Part shown: positions 9,091-19,422 of the stretch, one piece after another
Layout: every line of letters starts with the position of its first letter
Position numbering within the stretch: the first letter of the stretch is position 1
Source: an uncultured Acidobacteriota bacterium
GTDB lineage: Bacteria; Acidobacteriota; Thermoanaerobaculia; UBA5066
DNA: 64,000 nt
Reading direction: 5' to 3'
Assembly: GCA_963779415.1 (NCBI GenBank)
Contig: CAVZYA010000002.1
Location: forward strand, 576,001-640,000
Notes under the pieces: generated by a model
Databases searched by the model: none
The model's input: only the letters and a program-made list of their open reading frames with translations
What the model was told of the DNA's origin: nothing
Position numbers and translations under genes: made by a program

Positions 9091-10488
9091 TCAGGGGAAG
9101 GTGACCGTGACCACCGCGCGGCGGTTGCGCGTGGCGTCGGGAGCGGAGGCGCCCCCGTTCGTCGCCACGGTGATCCGGCCGGCGTCGATTCCGTGCCGCT
9201 TCACGAGATAGTCCTTGGCGGCTTCGGCGCGCGCTTTCGCGAGGGCTTCCAGGTTCCCCTTCTCCGAAGGATCGGCATATCCCGTGATCGCGCAGGTGGC
9301 CGCGAGATTGTTCTTCAGCCGGAGGGCGACGCCGTCGAGGATCGCCTTCGCGATGTTCGTGAGTCGGCTCTTCTTGGCGTCGTAGAGGATCTCGTCCGTC
9401 GTCGTGGTGACGGGCTTGGCCGCCGGTGCGGCTTCGGCCGCAGGCGCGGCGGCAGCCGCGGCTGGAGCGGCCGCGACCGGAGCCGGCGGCGGGGGCGGAA
9501 CGGGGGCCGTGGGCGTGGCTTCCGGCTGGGAAGCCTGGACGACGGGGCGGGCGGGCGCCGGCGGCTGCGGCATCCAGGCGATCTGGACGACGCCGCCGAA
9601 CGGGCTCGGGTTGCTCCCGTAGTGCGACCACTCGTCGATGTCGACCCGGAAGGCGCCGGTGAGCGTGAGCCCGGTCTCGCGGCCGAGGGCAACGCGGGCT
9701 CCGGCGAGCGCCTCGGAGTAGGCCTTCGGATTCGACTCGCCGCCGTAGAAGAAGTGCCGGTTCGCCTCCACGATCGCGCGGAGGGTCCCCGGGACGATCG
9801 GAATGTTGCCGCCGGCGCTCCAGGTCCATTCATTCGGGACCGCGGCGCCGACCAGCGTCGTGCCGTAGTAGGCGCCCGGCGTTCCGAAGTTGGCGTTGGC
9901 CTGGTAGTAGGTCCCGAGCGTGAACCAATCGTAGTTGAACGAGAAGCCGAAGCCGAAGTCCGTCCGCCCCGTCGAGAAGGAGTTCGGGTCGCCCGTGCCG
10001 CCCCCCGTCGGGAAGGCGACGTTGAGAAGCGCGGCCACCTTGAGGGGGTCGTTCGGGTTCAGGAGCCATTTCATCCCGACCTGGAACTTGTCGATCTCGT
10101 TCGTATCGAAGCCGCCCGTCCGGTCCCGCCCGTTGATGTTCCCGGACCAGGCCCGATCGTCGGCCTTGTACATCAGGGTGCCGAAGTTGAGGAACAGCTC
10201 CAGGCCCGGGGTGAGGCCGTAGCCGACGGTGATCCCGAAGCGGCCGAGCTGGTAGCGGAGCGGATCGTAGGGGAGCGGCGGGGAGCTGAGCGAAGGGCCG
10301 GCCGTGAGCGCCGAAAGGCTTCCGCTCATCCCGAGAGAAAACCGTCCCGGCGCGAGAACCTCGGCGTTCGGCGTCTCGATCAGGCCGGTTGCGCCCGAGA
10401 GAGTGGGGGCCGTCTGGGCGAAGGCTCCCGCCGAGAGGAGGAGGCACGCCGCCGTCGCGAGGAAGAGTCCGGTCCGCGTCCGTCGCAT
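9091..10488 (-). CDS. OmpA-family outer membrane protein (beta-barrel, Pro/Ala linker, OmpA_C)
   Basis: Signal peptide, GATGLIETPNA, amphipathic strands, C-terminal ITGYAD...LAKARAEAAKDYL...NRRAVV; AAGGAG SD. Confidence 0.85.
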   Translation of the reverse strand: MRRTRTGLFLATAACLLLSAGAFAQTAPTLSGATGLIETPNAEVLAPGRFSLGMSGSLSALTAGPSLSSPPLPYDPLRYQLGRFGITVGYGLTPGLELFLNFGTLMYKADDRAWSGNINGRDRTGGFDTNEIDKFQVGMKWLLNPNDPLKVAALLNVAFPTGGGTGDPNSFSTGRTDFGFGFSFNYDWFTLGTYYQANANFGTPGAYYGTTLVGAAVPNEWTWSAGGNIPIVPGTLRAIVEANRHFFYGGESNPKAYSEALAGARVALGRETGLTLTGAFRVDIDEWSHYGSNPSPFGGVVQIAWMPQPPAPARPVVQASQPEATPTAPVPPPPPAPVAAAPAAAAAAPAAEAAPAAKPVTTTTDEILYDAKKSRLTNIAKAILDGVALRLKNNLAATCAITGYADPSEKGNLEALAKARAEAAKDYLVKRHGIDAGRITVATNGGASAPDATRNRRAVVTVTFP

Positions 10489-10585
10489 GGGTTCTCCTTT
10501 TGACCCGCCGGGTCCGGGGAGTCCGCCCCCGGGCTGCCGGCGCGAAAAGCAGATTCCTTAACCGGGGAACAGGAAGAGCCAATGG

Positions 10586-10615
10586 AGTTTAACGCCTCCG
10601 AGGCTCCGTCATCAA
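10586..10615 (-). promoter_or_regulatory. sigma70-type promoter for the OmpA gene
   Basis: TTGATG-N18-TAAACT on the minus strand about 100 nt upstream of ATG 10488. Confidence 0.55.
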
Positions 10616-10657
10616 ACGGAAAGCTTGAACGGCTCCCGAAAATGGAGGGGGTCCGGG

Positions 10658-10680
10658 GGAACCGGCAGGGTGCCGGTTCC
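10658..10680 (-). terminator. 10-bp perfect hairpin after the DUF4388 gene
   Basis: GGAACCGGCA-N3-TGCCGGTTCC just past stop 10688; no U-tract. Confidence 0.45.
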
Positions 10681-10687
10681 GCCCGGT

Positions 10688-11587
10688 TCATAGCAGAGGG
10701 CCCATTCGCTCGTGGAAGGTCCGGGCCACCTCGGGCCCGCGCCGGCGGCCGAGGATCGATTCGAGAGCGCGGACGAGGTCTCGCACGGCGTCGAGGCTCC
10801 GCCCGCGCTCGATCTCCGAGAGGGCGTTCCGGTAGAGACGGTCGATCTCCGCCTCGCCGGGGGCGAGGCCGAGCGACTCGGCCTCCTGCTTCACCTTTGT
10901 GCAGAGAACCTGGAGGCTGCGGCGTTCGTCCCCCCTGGCGATCTCCTTGAAGACGCCTGTATGCGTCGTGACGCTCGGAACGGGGGTGACGGGCGCTCCG
11001 GGGGGCACCGGGGGGACCGCGGCGGGGCGCGGGGGCGGAAGCGAAACCGTCGTCCGGATGATCTCCACGAGCGCGGCCGTCACGAGGCCGAAGAGGGTCT
11101 TGGCGACGTCGAACGAGGATTTCCGGAGCGCCCGCGCGATCTCGTCGATCGTGGCGCGCCCGTCGCACCGCGTGATGACGACCCATTCCTGCGGCGTCAG
11201 GGTGATCGGACCGGCGAGCCGGTCGGACGCGACGAGCCGCGGGACGGAGTCGGTGGAAGGGATCTTTTTCGAGAGGATCTTCCACTCGTCGCTCCGACGT
11301 GCCGCCTCGATCAGGAGGTTCGTGTTGGAGCGGGTGATCGTCTGCTTGTCCCCTTCCGAGCCGGGCGAGAAGAGAAACGTGCCGCTCGTCCAGAGGGCGA
11401 GCGCGTAGATCGCGTCCTCTCCCTCCACGTCGCCGACGCGGGCATGGGTGATCTGACCGTTCTGGAGGTAGACGGAGCCGTGCTCGGACGCACGTGTCAG
11501 CGAGAACATCCCCGTCTTGCCGGAGACGGCCACGAGCTGCACGATGTCGGCGAGCGGTAAATCGCTCAGAGAGCCCTGAAAGGACAT
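10688..11587 (-). CDS. DUF4388 (PatA-N-like) domain protein
   Basis: MSFQGSLSDLPLADIVQL...KTG...GQITHA...LLIEAARRSDEW, followed by a wHTH-like segment. Confidence 0.85.
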   Translation of the reverse strand: MSFQGSLSDLPLADIVQLVAVSGKTGMFSLTRASEHGSVYLQNGQITHARVGDVEGEDAIYALALWTSGTFLFSPGSEGDKQTITRSNTNLLIEAARRSDEWKILSKKIPSTDSVPRLVASDRLAGPITLTPQEWVVITRCDGRATIDEIARALRKSSFDVAKTLFGLVTAALVEIIRTTVSLPPPRPAAVPPVPPGAPVTPVPSVTTHTGVFKEIARGDERRSLQVLCTKVKQEAESLGLAPGEAEIDRLYRNALSEIERGRSLDAVRDLVRALESILGRRRGPEVARTFHERMGPLL

Positions 11588-11624
11588 GGACCGCTGTGGA
11601 CGATAACAGCGCCCCGCGGCGCGC

Positions 11625-12155
11625 TCAACCGGCAGGGCGCCTTTTCCAGGCCGAGGCCCGGTCCGGCGGCGCGGAGGCGCGCGTCCGGGCGGACCGCGGC
11701 GCCGCGACGAAACCGTGGGCGAGGGCCGCCGCCGCGGCGTCCGCGGCGTCGAGAGGGAGCCGGCGGCCGAGGAGGGACGCGACCATCCGCCGTACCTGCT
11801 CCTTGGCGGCCGCTCCCGTCCCCGTCACGGCCCGCTTCACCTCGGCGGGCGTGATCCCGGTCGTCGGAACGCCACGGCGGGCGAGGGCGAGGAGAAGGAC
11901 CCCGCGCGCCTCGCCGAGCATGATGAGGCTCTGGGGATTCACGCCGGCGAAAACCCGCTCGACGGCGGCGGCGTCGGGAGCGAGCCGGTCGACCAGGGCG
12001 CCGAGCCCGTCATGAAGGAAAAGGAGGCGCCGTTCGAGCGGGAGGTCCGAAGGGGGGCGGAGGACGCCGGCCTCCTCGAGACGGACGGACGCTTCGAACA
12101 CCACGAGCGCCCATCCCGTCGCGCGGCTGCCGGGATCGACGCCGAGGATTCTCAC
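11625..12155 (-). CDS. ruvC: Holliday junction resolvase RuvC
   Basis: RILGVDPGS, AVERVF, VKRAVTGTGAAAKEQV, DAADAAA; GTG start overlapping the yebC stop. Confidence 0.93.
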   Translation of the reverse strand: MRILGVDPGSRATGWALVVFEASVRLEEAGVLRPPSDLPLERRLLFLHDGLGALVDRLAPDAAAVERVFAGVNPQSLIMLGEARGVLLLALARRGVPTTGITPAEVKRAVTGTGAAAKEQVRRMVASLLGRRLPLDAADAAAAALAHGFVAAPRSARTRASAPPDRASAWKRRPAG

Positions 12156-12892
12156 GCGCCGAGGTACTTGTCCTCGATGTCCCCGTTCGACCAGACCTTC
12201 TGGACGTCTTCGTGGTCCTCGACGATCTCGAGGAGCTTCAGGAGGGCCGGCCCTTTGTCCCCGACCTCGATGGTGCTCTGCGGCACCGACTGGATCTCGG
12301 CCGTCTGGACGGGGATCCCCTTCCCCTCGATCTTCGCCTTCACCGCTTCGAGGGAGGCCGGGTCGGTGAAGATCTCGAAGACGTCCGCGTCCCCGCTCTG
12401 GAAGTCCTCGGCGCCGCACTCGAGGGCCAGCTCCATGAGCGTGTCCTCCTTCGTGGCGGACTTCTCCACCGCGAGGTAGCCCTTCTTGTGGAACTGGAAG
12501 GCGACCGCACCGGCCGAGGCCATGTTGCCGCCGTACTTCGTCAGGAGGTGGCGGATCTCGGAGGTCGTCCGGTTCTTGTTGTCCGTCATCGCCTCGATCA
12601 GGAGCGCCGCCCCGCCGGGGCCGTACCCCTCGTACACGACCTCTTCATACGTGACGCCTTCGAGCTCGCCGGTGCCGCGCTTGATCGCCTTGTCGATGTT
12701 GTCGGACGGCATCGAGGCTTTCTTGGCCGCCTGGACGGCGGAGCGGAGGCGCGGGTTCGACTCGACGGTGCCGCCGCCCACCTTGGCGGACATCGTGATC
12801 TCCTTGATCAGCTTCGTGAAGAGACGCCCGCGCTTGGCGTCGGCGGCGCCCTTCTTGTGCTTGATCGTGCTCCACTTGCTGTGTCCGGACAT
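12152..12892 (-). CDS. yebC: YebC/PmpR family protein
   Basis: MSGHSKWSTIKHKK, YEGYGPGG, TDNKNRT. Confidence 0.96.
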   Translation of the reverse strand: MSGHSKWSTIKHKKGAADAKRGRLFTKLIKEITMSAKVGGGTVESNPRLRSAVQAAKKASMPSDNIDKAIKRGTGELEGVTYEEVVYEGYGPGGAALLIEAMTDNKNRTTSEIRHLLTKYGGNMASAGAVAFQFHKKGYLAVEKSATKEDTLMELALECGAEDFQSGDADVFEIFTDPASLEAVKAKIEGKGIPVQTAEIQSVPQSTIEVGDKGPALLKLLEIVEDHEDVQKVWSNGDIEDKYLGA

Positions 12893-12934
12893 GCCTCACC
12901 TCGGATGGCGTCGCCCCGGTGGACGGGTCCCGCG

Positions 12935-14281
12935 TCAGGGGGCGGGAATACTACCAGCATCGGCGAGAGGCACGGCGGCGAGCCGGGCGTCCTTCCCCCG
13001 CGCGGCGAGCCGCACCATCCGCCGGCTCCCCTGCGGGAGGGGCTTCTCGAGAGTCGCCTCGAGATAGTGGTCCGTCAGGGCGATCCCGCCGCGTAGGACG
13101 ACTGCGTCGGCCGTCGTTCCCGAGGAGAGCTCGCGGAACGTCCGCCCTTTCACCTCGCCGAGCGCCCGGAGAATGGCGGCTCGCCGGGCCGTCACGGCGG
13201 ACGGAACGGGGCGTTCCGCGTGGAGCACGGCGCCTTGCGTCCCCGCGCGCGCCGAGAAAGGGAAGACGTGGAGGCTCGCGAAGGGAAGCTCCCGGACGAG
13301 GCGGACCGTCTCCTCGAACTCGGACTCCGTCTCGCCGGGAAAGCCCGCGATCAGGTCCGTGGCGAGGTGGAGACGCGGGTTCGCATCGGCGGCGCGCGAG
13401 GCGACGCGGGAGAAGCGCGATGCCGTGATTCCGCGCCGCATCCGGCGGAGGACAGCATCGGAGCCCGACTGGAGCGGCAGGTGCAGGTGGGGAACGACGA
13501 CGCGCGAACGCGCCACGAACGAGACGAGCGCCTCCCCGGCCTCCATCGGCTCGAGCGAGGAGAGCCGGACGCGGCAGAGAGGGGGATCCTCCTCCAGCCG
13601 CGCGAGGAGGGCGAGGAGGCTCGACCCGAGGTCCTTCCCGAAATTCGCGAGGTGGACTCCCGCCAGGACGACCTCCGGGACGCCCGCTTCGCCGAGGCGG
13701 CGGATCTCGCGTTCCACGACTTCGGGAGGCGCGCTCCGCTCCGCTCCCCGGAGGGTCGGGACGATGCAGAAGGCGCAGCGCCTCGCGCAGCCGTCCTGCA
13801 CCTTGAGAAACGCGCGGGTTCTCCCGCCGTCGGGAAACGTGGCGGCGAAAACGCCCGAAGAAGCGGCCTCCGGGGCCGGGCCGCCGGACTCGAGAGGGAT
13901 CCCGGCATCGCGCTCGTCGAGAAGGCGTCTCAGATCGTGGAGACGGGCGGGCGGGACGACGAAATCGACCTCGGGAAGCCGCGAGAGCGCTTCCGGATCG
14001 CGCCGGGCGAGACAGCCGGAGACCACGAGCGTGGCGCCGGGGTGCTCGCGCCGGAGGCGGCGAAGGAACCGCCTCTGATCGCGCTCGGCACGATCCGTCA
14101 CGGCGCATCCGTGGACGACGACGACCCCCGCCTCCGGAAGAGAGACGGTCGTGCCCGGGCCGAGCACGGAGGCGGCCGCGTGCGCCTCGATCTGGCTCAC
14201 CTTGCAGCCGAACGGGACGACCGCGATTCGCCGGACGGAAGGGAGCTCCTTCTCCTTCGCGGTCGCGTCGTCCGTTGACAC
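12935..14281 (-). CDS. mtaB: MiaB/MtaB-family radical SAM methylthiotransferase (probably MtaB)
   Basis: FGCKVSQIE, HGCAVT, LKVQDGCARRCAFCIVP (CxxxCxxC), HLPLQSGSD, DLIAGFPGET; start approximate. Confidence 0.8.
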   Translation of the reverse strand: MSTDDATAKEKELPSVRRIAVVPFGCKVSQIEAHAAASVLGPGTTVSLPEAGVVVVHGCAVTDRAERDQRRFLRRLRREHPGATLVVSGCLARRDPEALSRLPEVDFVVPPARLHDLRRLLDERDAGIPLESGGPAPEAASSGVFAATFPDGGRTRAFLKVQDGCARRCAFCIVPTLRGAERSAPPEVVEREIRRLGEAGVPEVVLAGVHLANFGKDLGSSLLALLARLEEDPPLCRVRLSSLEPMEAGEALVSFVARSRVVVPHLHLPLQSGSDAVLRRMRRGITASRFSRVASRAADANPRLHLATDLIAGFPGETESEFEETVRLVRELPFASLHVFPFSARAGTQGAVLHAERPVPSAVTARRAAILRALGEVKGRTFRELSSGTTADAVVLRGGIALTDHYLEATLEKPLPQGSRRMVRLAARGKDARLAAVPLADAGSIPAP

Positions 14282-14357
14282 CACTCCCTCCCGGACGATA
14301 ATAGTTTGTTCCGGAACGAGTTGCGCCAAGGAGGGGGAGCGTCGTCTCTCGGCGGGT

Positions 14358-17302
14358 ATGAAGGTTCTCCTCATCGAGTACGAGCCGAGATACGTGGACC
14401 GCGTCCGGGCGTTCCTCACGACGCGTGGCCACGAGGTCGTGGCCTGCCGCGACGGAGACGAAGGGCTGGAGGCCTACCGGCGATCGCGGCCGGATCTCGT
14501 TCTGATCTCGTCCGTCCTCCCGAAGCTCCGGACGCCCGACGTCATCAAGGGAATGCAGGCGGCCGGGCCGACGCCCCCGATCCTCCTGATGATGTCCGGC
14601 TACAAGGGGCGCAACAAGCACGCGGACGCGCACCGCGTCGGCGCGACGAGCATCCTCGAGAAGCCGTTCGGCGACGAGGTGCTCGAGGCCGAGGTCGCCG
14701 CCGCGCTCGGACAGGGGCCGGCGCCGGGACCGGGTGCGTCGAGGCTCCGCTCGGCCGAGGCGAGCGGGCCGCTCCTTTCCGCCGACGACATCTTCTCGGA
14801 CATCGTCTCCGGAATCGAGGCTCCCGTTCCCGGCGAGGAGGTTTCGGGAAGGTCGGGGACGCGTCCCGCGATACATCCGGCGTCCGGCGCCTTCGAGACG
14901 TTGAAAGTGAACGTTGCGGAGCTCGCGGCGCAGACCGCCCCGCCCCCCGGAAAGCCGCCGGAGAAGCCCGCCGAGCGTCCGCCGGAGAAGCCGAAGATGA
15001 GCGGCTCGGCGTCGGTGGACGATCTCCTTCGCGACACGCTTTCCGGCCTCAAGATCCGTCCGCGGAGCGCCTCCACGGGGACGACGGATCCGGGGCTGCC
15101 GGTCCCCTCGGCGCCCCGCCCGGCGCCGGCGCCCGTCCGCCCGTCTTCACCGGCGCCGCCCGCGCCGGCCGTTGCACCCCGTCCGGCGGCCGCCGCGCCT
15201 CCGGAACCGGTGTCGCCTCCCGAAGCGGCCGCGACTCCACCGGTCTCCTCCGCGCCGGCTCCCCGCGCGATCCGCCCCGCCTCGGGGCCGGGCTCTTTCG
15301 GCCGATATCAGCTTCTCGAGCGGATCGCCACGGGCGGGATGGCCGACGTTTTCAAGGCGCGGATGGTCGGCGAGGAGGGCTTCGAGAAGATCGTCGCGAT
15401 CAAGCGGATCCTCCCTCATCTCGCCACGAACGAGGGCTTCATCACGATGTTCGTGGACGAGGCGAAGCTCGCGGCCCAGCTGACCCACAACAACATCATC
15501 CAGATCTACGAGCTGGGAAAGGTCGACGCATGGCACTACATCGCCATGGAGTACGTCGACGGCAAGGATCTCCGCTCGATCGTGAAGATGGGGCGCGATC
15601 GGGCCCACCCGATTCCCGTCGCGCTCACCCTGTTCATCGCGGCGCGGATCGCGAGCGCTCTCGACTATGCCCACCGGCGCGTCGCTTCCGACGGACGGGA
15701 ACTTCATCTCGTCCACCGCGACGTCTCGCCGCAGAACATCCTCATTTCGTGGGAGGGGGACATCAAACTCTGCGACTTCGGCGTCGCGAAGGCGGCGACG
15801 AAAGTCGGGACGACGATCTCCGGCGCCCTCAAGGGAAAGCTCCAGTACATGTCGCCGGAGCAGGCCTGGGGCAAGCGGATCGACCGCCGGAGCGACATCT
15901 TCTCCCTCGGCGCCGTCCTTTTCGAGATGCTCACGGGGCGCCAGCTCTTCGAAGGGGAGAACGACCTCGGGGTTCTCGACAAGGTGCGCGCGGCCGAGGT
16001 CGTCGCGCCGTCGTCGCTCGTCCCGGAGATCCCGCCGGAGATCGACGCCATCGTCCTCAAGGCGCTCGCCCAGGAGCCCCAGGACCGGTACGAGAACGCC
16101 TCCGACCTCGAGAAGGAACTCGCGTCGATCCTCTACGGGTACCAGCCCTCGCCGGGGCCGGCCGACCTCGCGATCTACCTGCACCGGCTCCTCGAGACCC
16201 CCCCGGCGGCGACGGACGAAGACATCGAGGCCGCCTTCGCCGCAGCGCAGCGGCCTCCGGAGCCCCCGCCCCGGAAGGGAAAGGGACTCGTCCGGACGAC
16301 GCGGTCGAGCGGCGAGCACCTCGCGCCGGTCCTTCCCCCGCCGCCCGAGCCGCGGCCCGCCCCGACGCCCGCATCGACGATCCGGGTGGCCGAGAGCGCC
16401 GCCGCGCTCGACGCGGGCCCGGGCTCGAAGAAGAGCCGCTCGGGTCTGATCGCCGGAATCGGCATCGCCGCGGCCCTGCTTCTCGCGGTCGGCTTCTTCG
16501 TTCTCCGCGGGCGGGGCGGAGCGACTCCCGCGGCGCCGAAAGACGCTCTCCCGTCTCCCACGGCCCCGACGATGCCGACGACGCCGGCCACCGCGGCTCC
16601 GGCGGCACCGGCTCCGGAAGCGCAGAAGATCATCGATCCGAAGCTCGTCGAGGCGGAGGCAAAACGTCTTGCCGCCGAGAGAGAGAAAGTGCGGCGCGAA
16701 GCCGAGAAGAAGCCGGGGGTACCGCCACCTCCGGCCGCTACCGCGTCCCCCGCCGTCTCCCTCGCCCCGCGCGGAGCGATCGAACCCCCGAAAGGTGCGG
16801 AGGCCGCTCCCGTCCGTCCCACCCCGCAGCCGGTCACGGCCTCCGCGCCGCCGGCCGTACGCCCGGTGCCGACGGATGCGCCGAAGCCGGTCGCGACGCC
16901 GCCGCCGCCACGACGCCGCCGCCGGTCGTGACGGCGCCGCCGCCGCCCGCCCTGGCGCCAGCGGCGGCGCCGAGCCCCATCGGCGAAGGAGACCTCGTCG
17001 GGCCGGGAGAGGACGTCGTCGATCCGAAGGTCGTCCGGATGGGCTCCTTCTCGGGGCTTCCGCCGCAGGCGGCGCAGCTCGCGCGTTCGACGCCGGACGG
17101 AACGCTCGGAACGTGCATCATCACGGCGCTCATCGACGAGACGGGAGCCGTCAAGGAGATGCGGGTCGTCAGGCCGACGGCCTACAAGTTCGCCGACGAT
17201 GCGGCGCAGAGCGCCCTTCGCGGTGCGAAAATCACGCCGGCCACGAAGGACGGCGTCAAGGTGAAGATGTGGTCCACATTCGCGGTCACGGTAAAGCCGT
17301 GA
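14358..17302 (+). CDS. pseudo-receiver + Ser/Thr kinase + TM + Pro-rich linker + TonB C-terminal domain; frameshift near 16905
   Basis: REC-like N-terminus; IATGGMADVF, AIKRI, HRDVSPQN, CDFG, YMSPEQ; TM GIAAALLLAVGFFVL; TonB_C (ALIDETGAVKEMRVV..PATKDGVKVK) in a second frame ending 17302. Confidence 0.85.
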
Positions 17303-17354
17303 GCCGCGGACCGCGAGGGCAGGTGCGGCGAGGAGCCGGGCCAAGGAGAGCGGG

Positions 17355-17576
17355 ATGAGCCTGACCGACGAACAGCGGAAGTTCTACGAAAACACGCTCC
17401 ACGTGACGAAGAAAGAGGTCGACGACCTCGAGGGGCTGATCCAGGAGGAGCTCTCGAAGGTGAAGGAACGCCTCGCGGAGCTGCAGAACGCCCAGAAGGC
17501 CGCCCGCCAGATGTACGCCGCGGCGTGCCTCCGGCTCGGCATCCCGAACGAGCTGGAAGAGCCGGAAGAGCCCTGA
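17355..17576 (+). CDS. small coiled-coil hypothetical protein (73 aa)
   Basis: AAGGAG SD; heptad pattern EVDDLEGLIQEELSKVKERLAELQNAQK. Confidence 0.75.
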   Translation: MSLTDEQRKFYENTLHVTKKEVDDLEGLIQEELSKVKERLAELQNAQKAARQMYAAACLRLGIPNELEEPEEP

Positions 17577-18424
17577 CGCGTCTCTCCGCTCCGGGTCTCC
17601 TTCTCGTCCTTCTCGCGGCGGGACCCGCGTCAGGCGCGGGTCGGCCGCCGCAGCGCATCGTGGCGCTCGCCCCCTCGGCCGCGGAGATCCTCTTCGCTCT
17701 CGGGGCCGGAGAGAAGGTCGTGGCCGTTCCCGACCTCGCCGCCGACCTCCCGGGCGCGGCGGGAAAGGTACGAATCGGCGGCTTCGTCCCCGATCTCGAG
17801 CGCGTCGTTGCGCTTTCGCCCGATCTCGTCGTCGCTTCGCGCGACGGGACGGATCGCGCCGCCTACGAGAAGCTGAAGGCGCTCGGAATCCCGATCCTCG
17901 CCACGGAAGCGCGAAGCCTCGACGGCGTCCTAGAGGACATCCGGCGCGTCGGCGAGGCGATCGGGGAGGCCGGAGCGGCGGAGCGGCTCGTGGCGGCGCT
18001 CTCGGAAAGGATCGCGGCCGCCCAGAAGCGGGCTGCCGGGCGGAAGGGGCCGCGGCCGCGCGTTCTCGTCGTCATCTGGCCCGACCCGCCGGTCGTGGCC
18101 GGGCCCGCCACGTTCATCGGAGACCTCCTCGTCCGGGCCCGGCTCGAGAACGTCGTCCCCGAAAAGGCCGGCGAATGGCCGCGCGTCTCGCACGAGACCC
18201 TGGCCGGATGGAATCCGGACGTCGTCATCCGTCCGGAGACCGCCGAGAACGAGGCCGCCTTCGCCCGCGCCTTCACCGAGGACAGCCGATGGCGGCTCGT
18301 CGGGGCCGTCCGCGACGGGCGCGTCGTCTCCGTTCCCGGAGTCCTCCTGGAAAGGCCGGGACCCCGCCTCGTCGACGCGCTCGAGCGCCTCGCGGCGATT
18401 CCGGCGGCGGGGAAGCGGCCGTGA
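17573..18424 (+). CDS. BtuF-like cobalamin/Fe-siderophore periplasmic binding protein
   Basis: PQRIVALAPSAAEILFALG, PDLERVVALSPDLV, ERPGPRL; CTG start overlapping the upstream TGA is inferred. Confidence 0.85.
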   Translation: MTRLSAPGLLLVLLAAGPASGAGRPPQRIVALAPSAAEILFALGAGEKVVAVPDLAADLPGAAGKVRIGGFVPDLERVVALSPDLVVASRDGTDRAAYEKLKALGIPILATEARSLDGVLEDIRRVGEAIGEAGAAERLVAALSERIAAAQKRAAGRKGPRPRVLVVIWPDPPVVAGPATFIGDLLVRARLENVVPEKAGEWPRVSHETLAGWNPDVVIRPETAENEAAFARAFTEDSRWRLVGAVRDGRVVSVPGVLLERPGPRLVDALERLAAIPAAGKRP

Positions 18425-19422
18425 CGGGACGCCGCCTCTCGCCCGCCGCGGCGGGCCTCGCGCTCTCGGCCCTCCTTCTCGCCGCGCTCGTCGGATCGCT
18501 CCTCGTCGGAAGCGTGCCGCTTTCGCCGGTCGAGGTTTTCCGTGCACTCTCCGGAAACGGCGACCCGGCGGTCACGACGATCGTCCGGGAGCTCCGTCTC
18601 CCGCGCGCGCTCCTGGCGGCTCTCGTGGGCGGGGCACTGGCGTTGTCGGGGGCCGCGCTCCAGGCCCTCCTCCAGAACCCGCTCGCGGACCCGTACCTTC
18701 TCGGCGTCTCGGGGGGCGCCGCGTGCGGGACTCTCGTCGGCTCGCTCCTCGGCCTCTCGGCGGCCGGTGCGCTCGGCCGGGCGGCGCTTCCGATCGCGGC
18801 GTTCCTCGGTGCGCTCGCGGCCGTCCTCCTCGTGGGGCTCGGCGCCTCGGTGGCCGGCCGGCTCGATCGGGGCCGGCTCCTCCTCTCGGGCGTCGTCGTC
18901 AACGCCCTCGCGTCGGCCGTTCTCCTTTTTCTCCTGTCGTGGGGGGACGCGGCGCGAACGCAAGGCTTCGTCTTCTGGATGCTCGGGTCGCTCGCGGGGG
19001 CGACGCACGAGGCGGCCGCGACGCTCGCAGTCTACGCGGCTCTCGGGCTCGCAGGCCTCCTTCCTCTCGCGAGGGCTTTCGACGCGCTGGCCCTCGGCGA
19101 GGAGACGGCGTTCACGCTCGGAGTCCCCGTAGAGAAGGTCAAGCGGGCGGCGTACCTCGCGGCCTCGCTCCTCGCCGCGGCGGCGGTCTCGGTCTCGGGA
19201 ATCATCGGGTTCGTCGGCCTCCTCGTCCCGCACGCGGCACGGCTGGTGGCCCGTTCCCACCGGTCGCTCCTGCTCCTCTCCTTCGCGGGGGGAGCGCTTC
19301 TGCTCGTCCTGGCCGACACGGCCGCGCGGTCGCTCTTTTCGCCCGCCGAGATCTCCGTCGGGGCGCTGACGGCGCTCCTCGGCGCTCCGGCCTTTCTCGT
19401 CCTGATGCGGCGGCGCGCGTGA
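18421..19422 (+). CDS. BtuC/FecCD-type ABC permease
   Basis: LRLPRALLA, QNPLADPYLLGVSGGA, GIIGFVGLLVPH. Confidence 0.92.
   Translation: MTGRRLSPAAAGLALSALLLAALVGSLLVGSVPLSPVEVFRALSGNGDPAVTTIVRELRLPRALLAALVGGALALSGAALQALLQNPLADPYLLGVSGGAACGTLVGSLLGLSAAGALGRAALPIAAFLGALAAVLLVGLGASVAGRLDRGRLLLSGVVVNALASAVLLFLLSWGDAARTQGFVFWMLGSLAGATHEAAATLAVYAALGLAGLLPLARAFDALALGEETAFTLGVPVEKVKRAAYLAASLLAAAAVSVSGIIGFVGLLVPHAARLVARSHRSLLLLSFAGGALLLVLADTAARSLFSPAEISVGALTALLGAPAFLVLMRRRA

Noticed and set aside
11625-12155. RuvC-fold nuclease as a TnpB/Cas-like effector
   Set aside because: 176-aa canonical RuvC directly behind yebC, the standard arrangement
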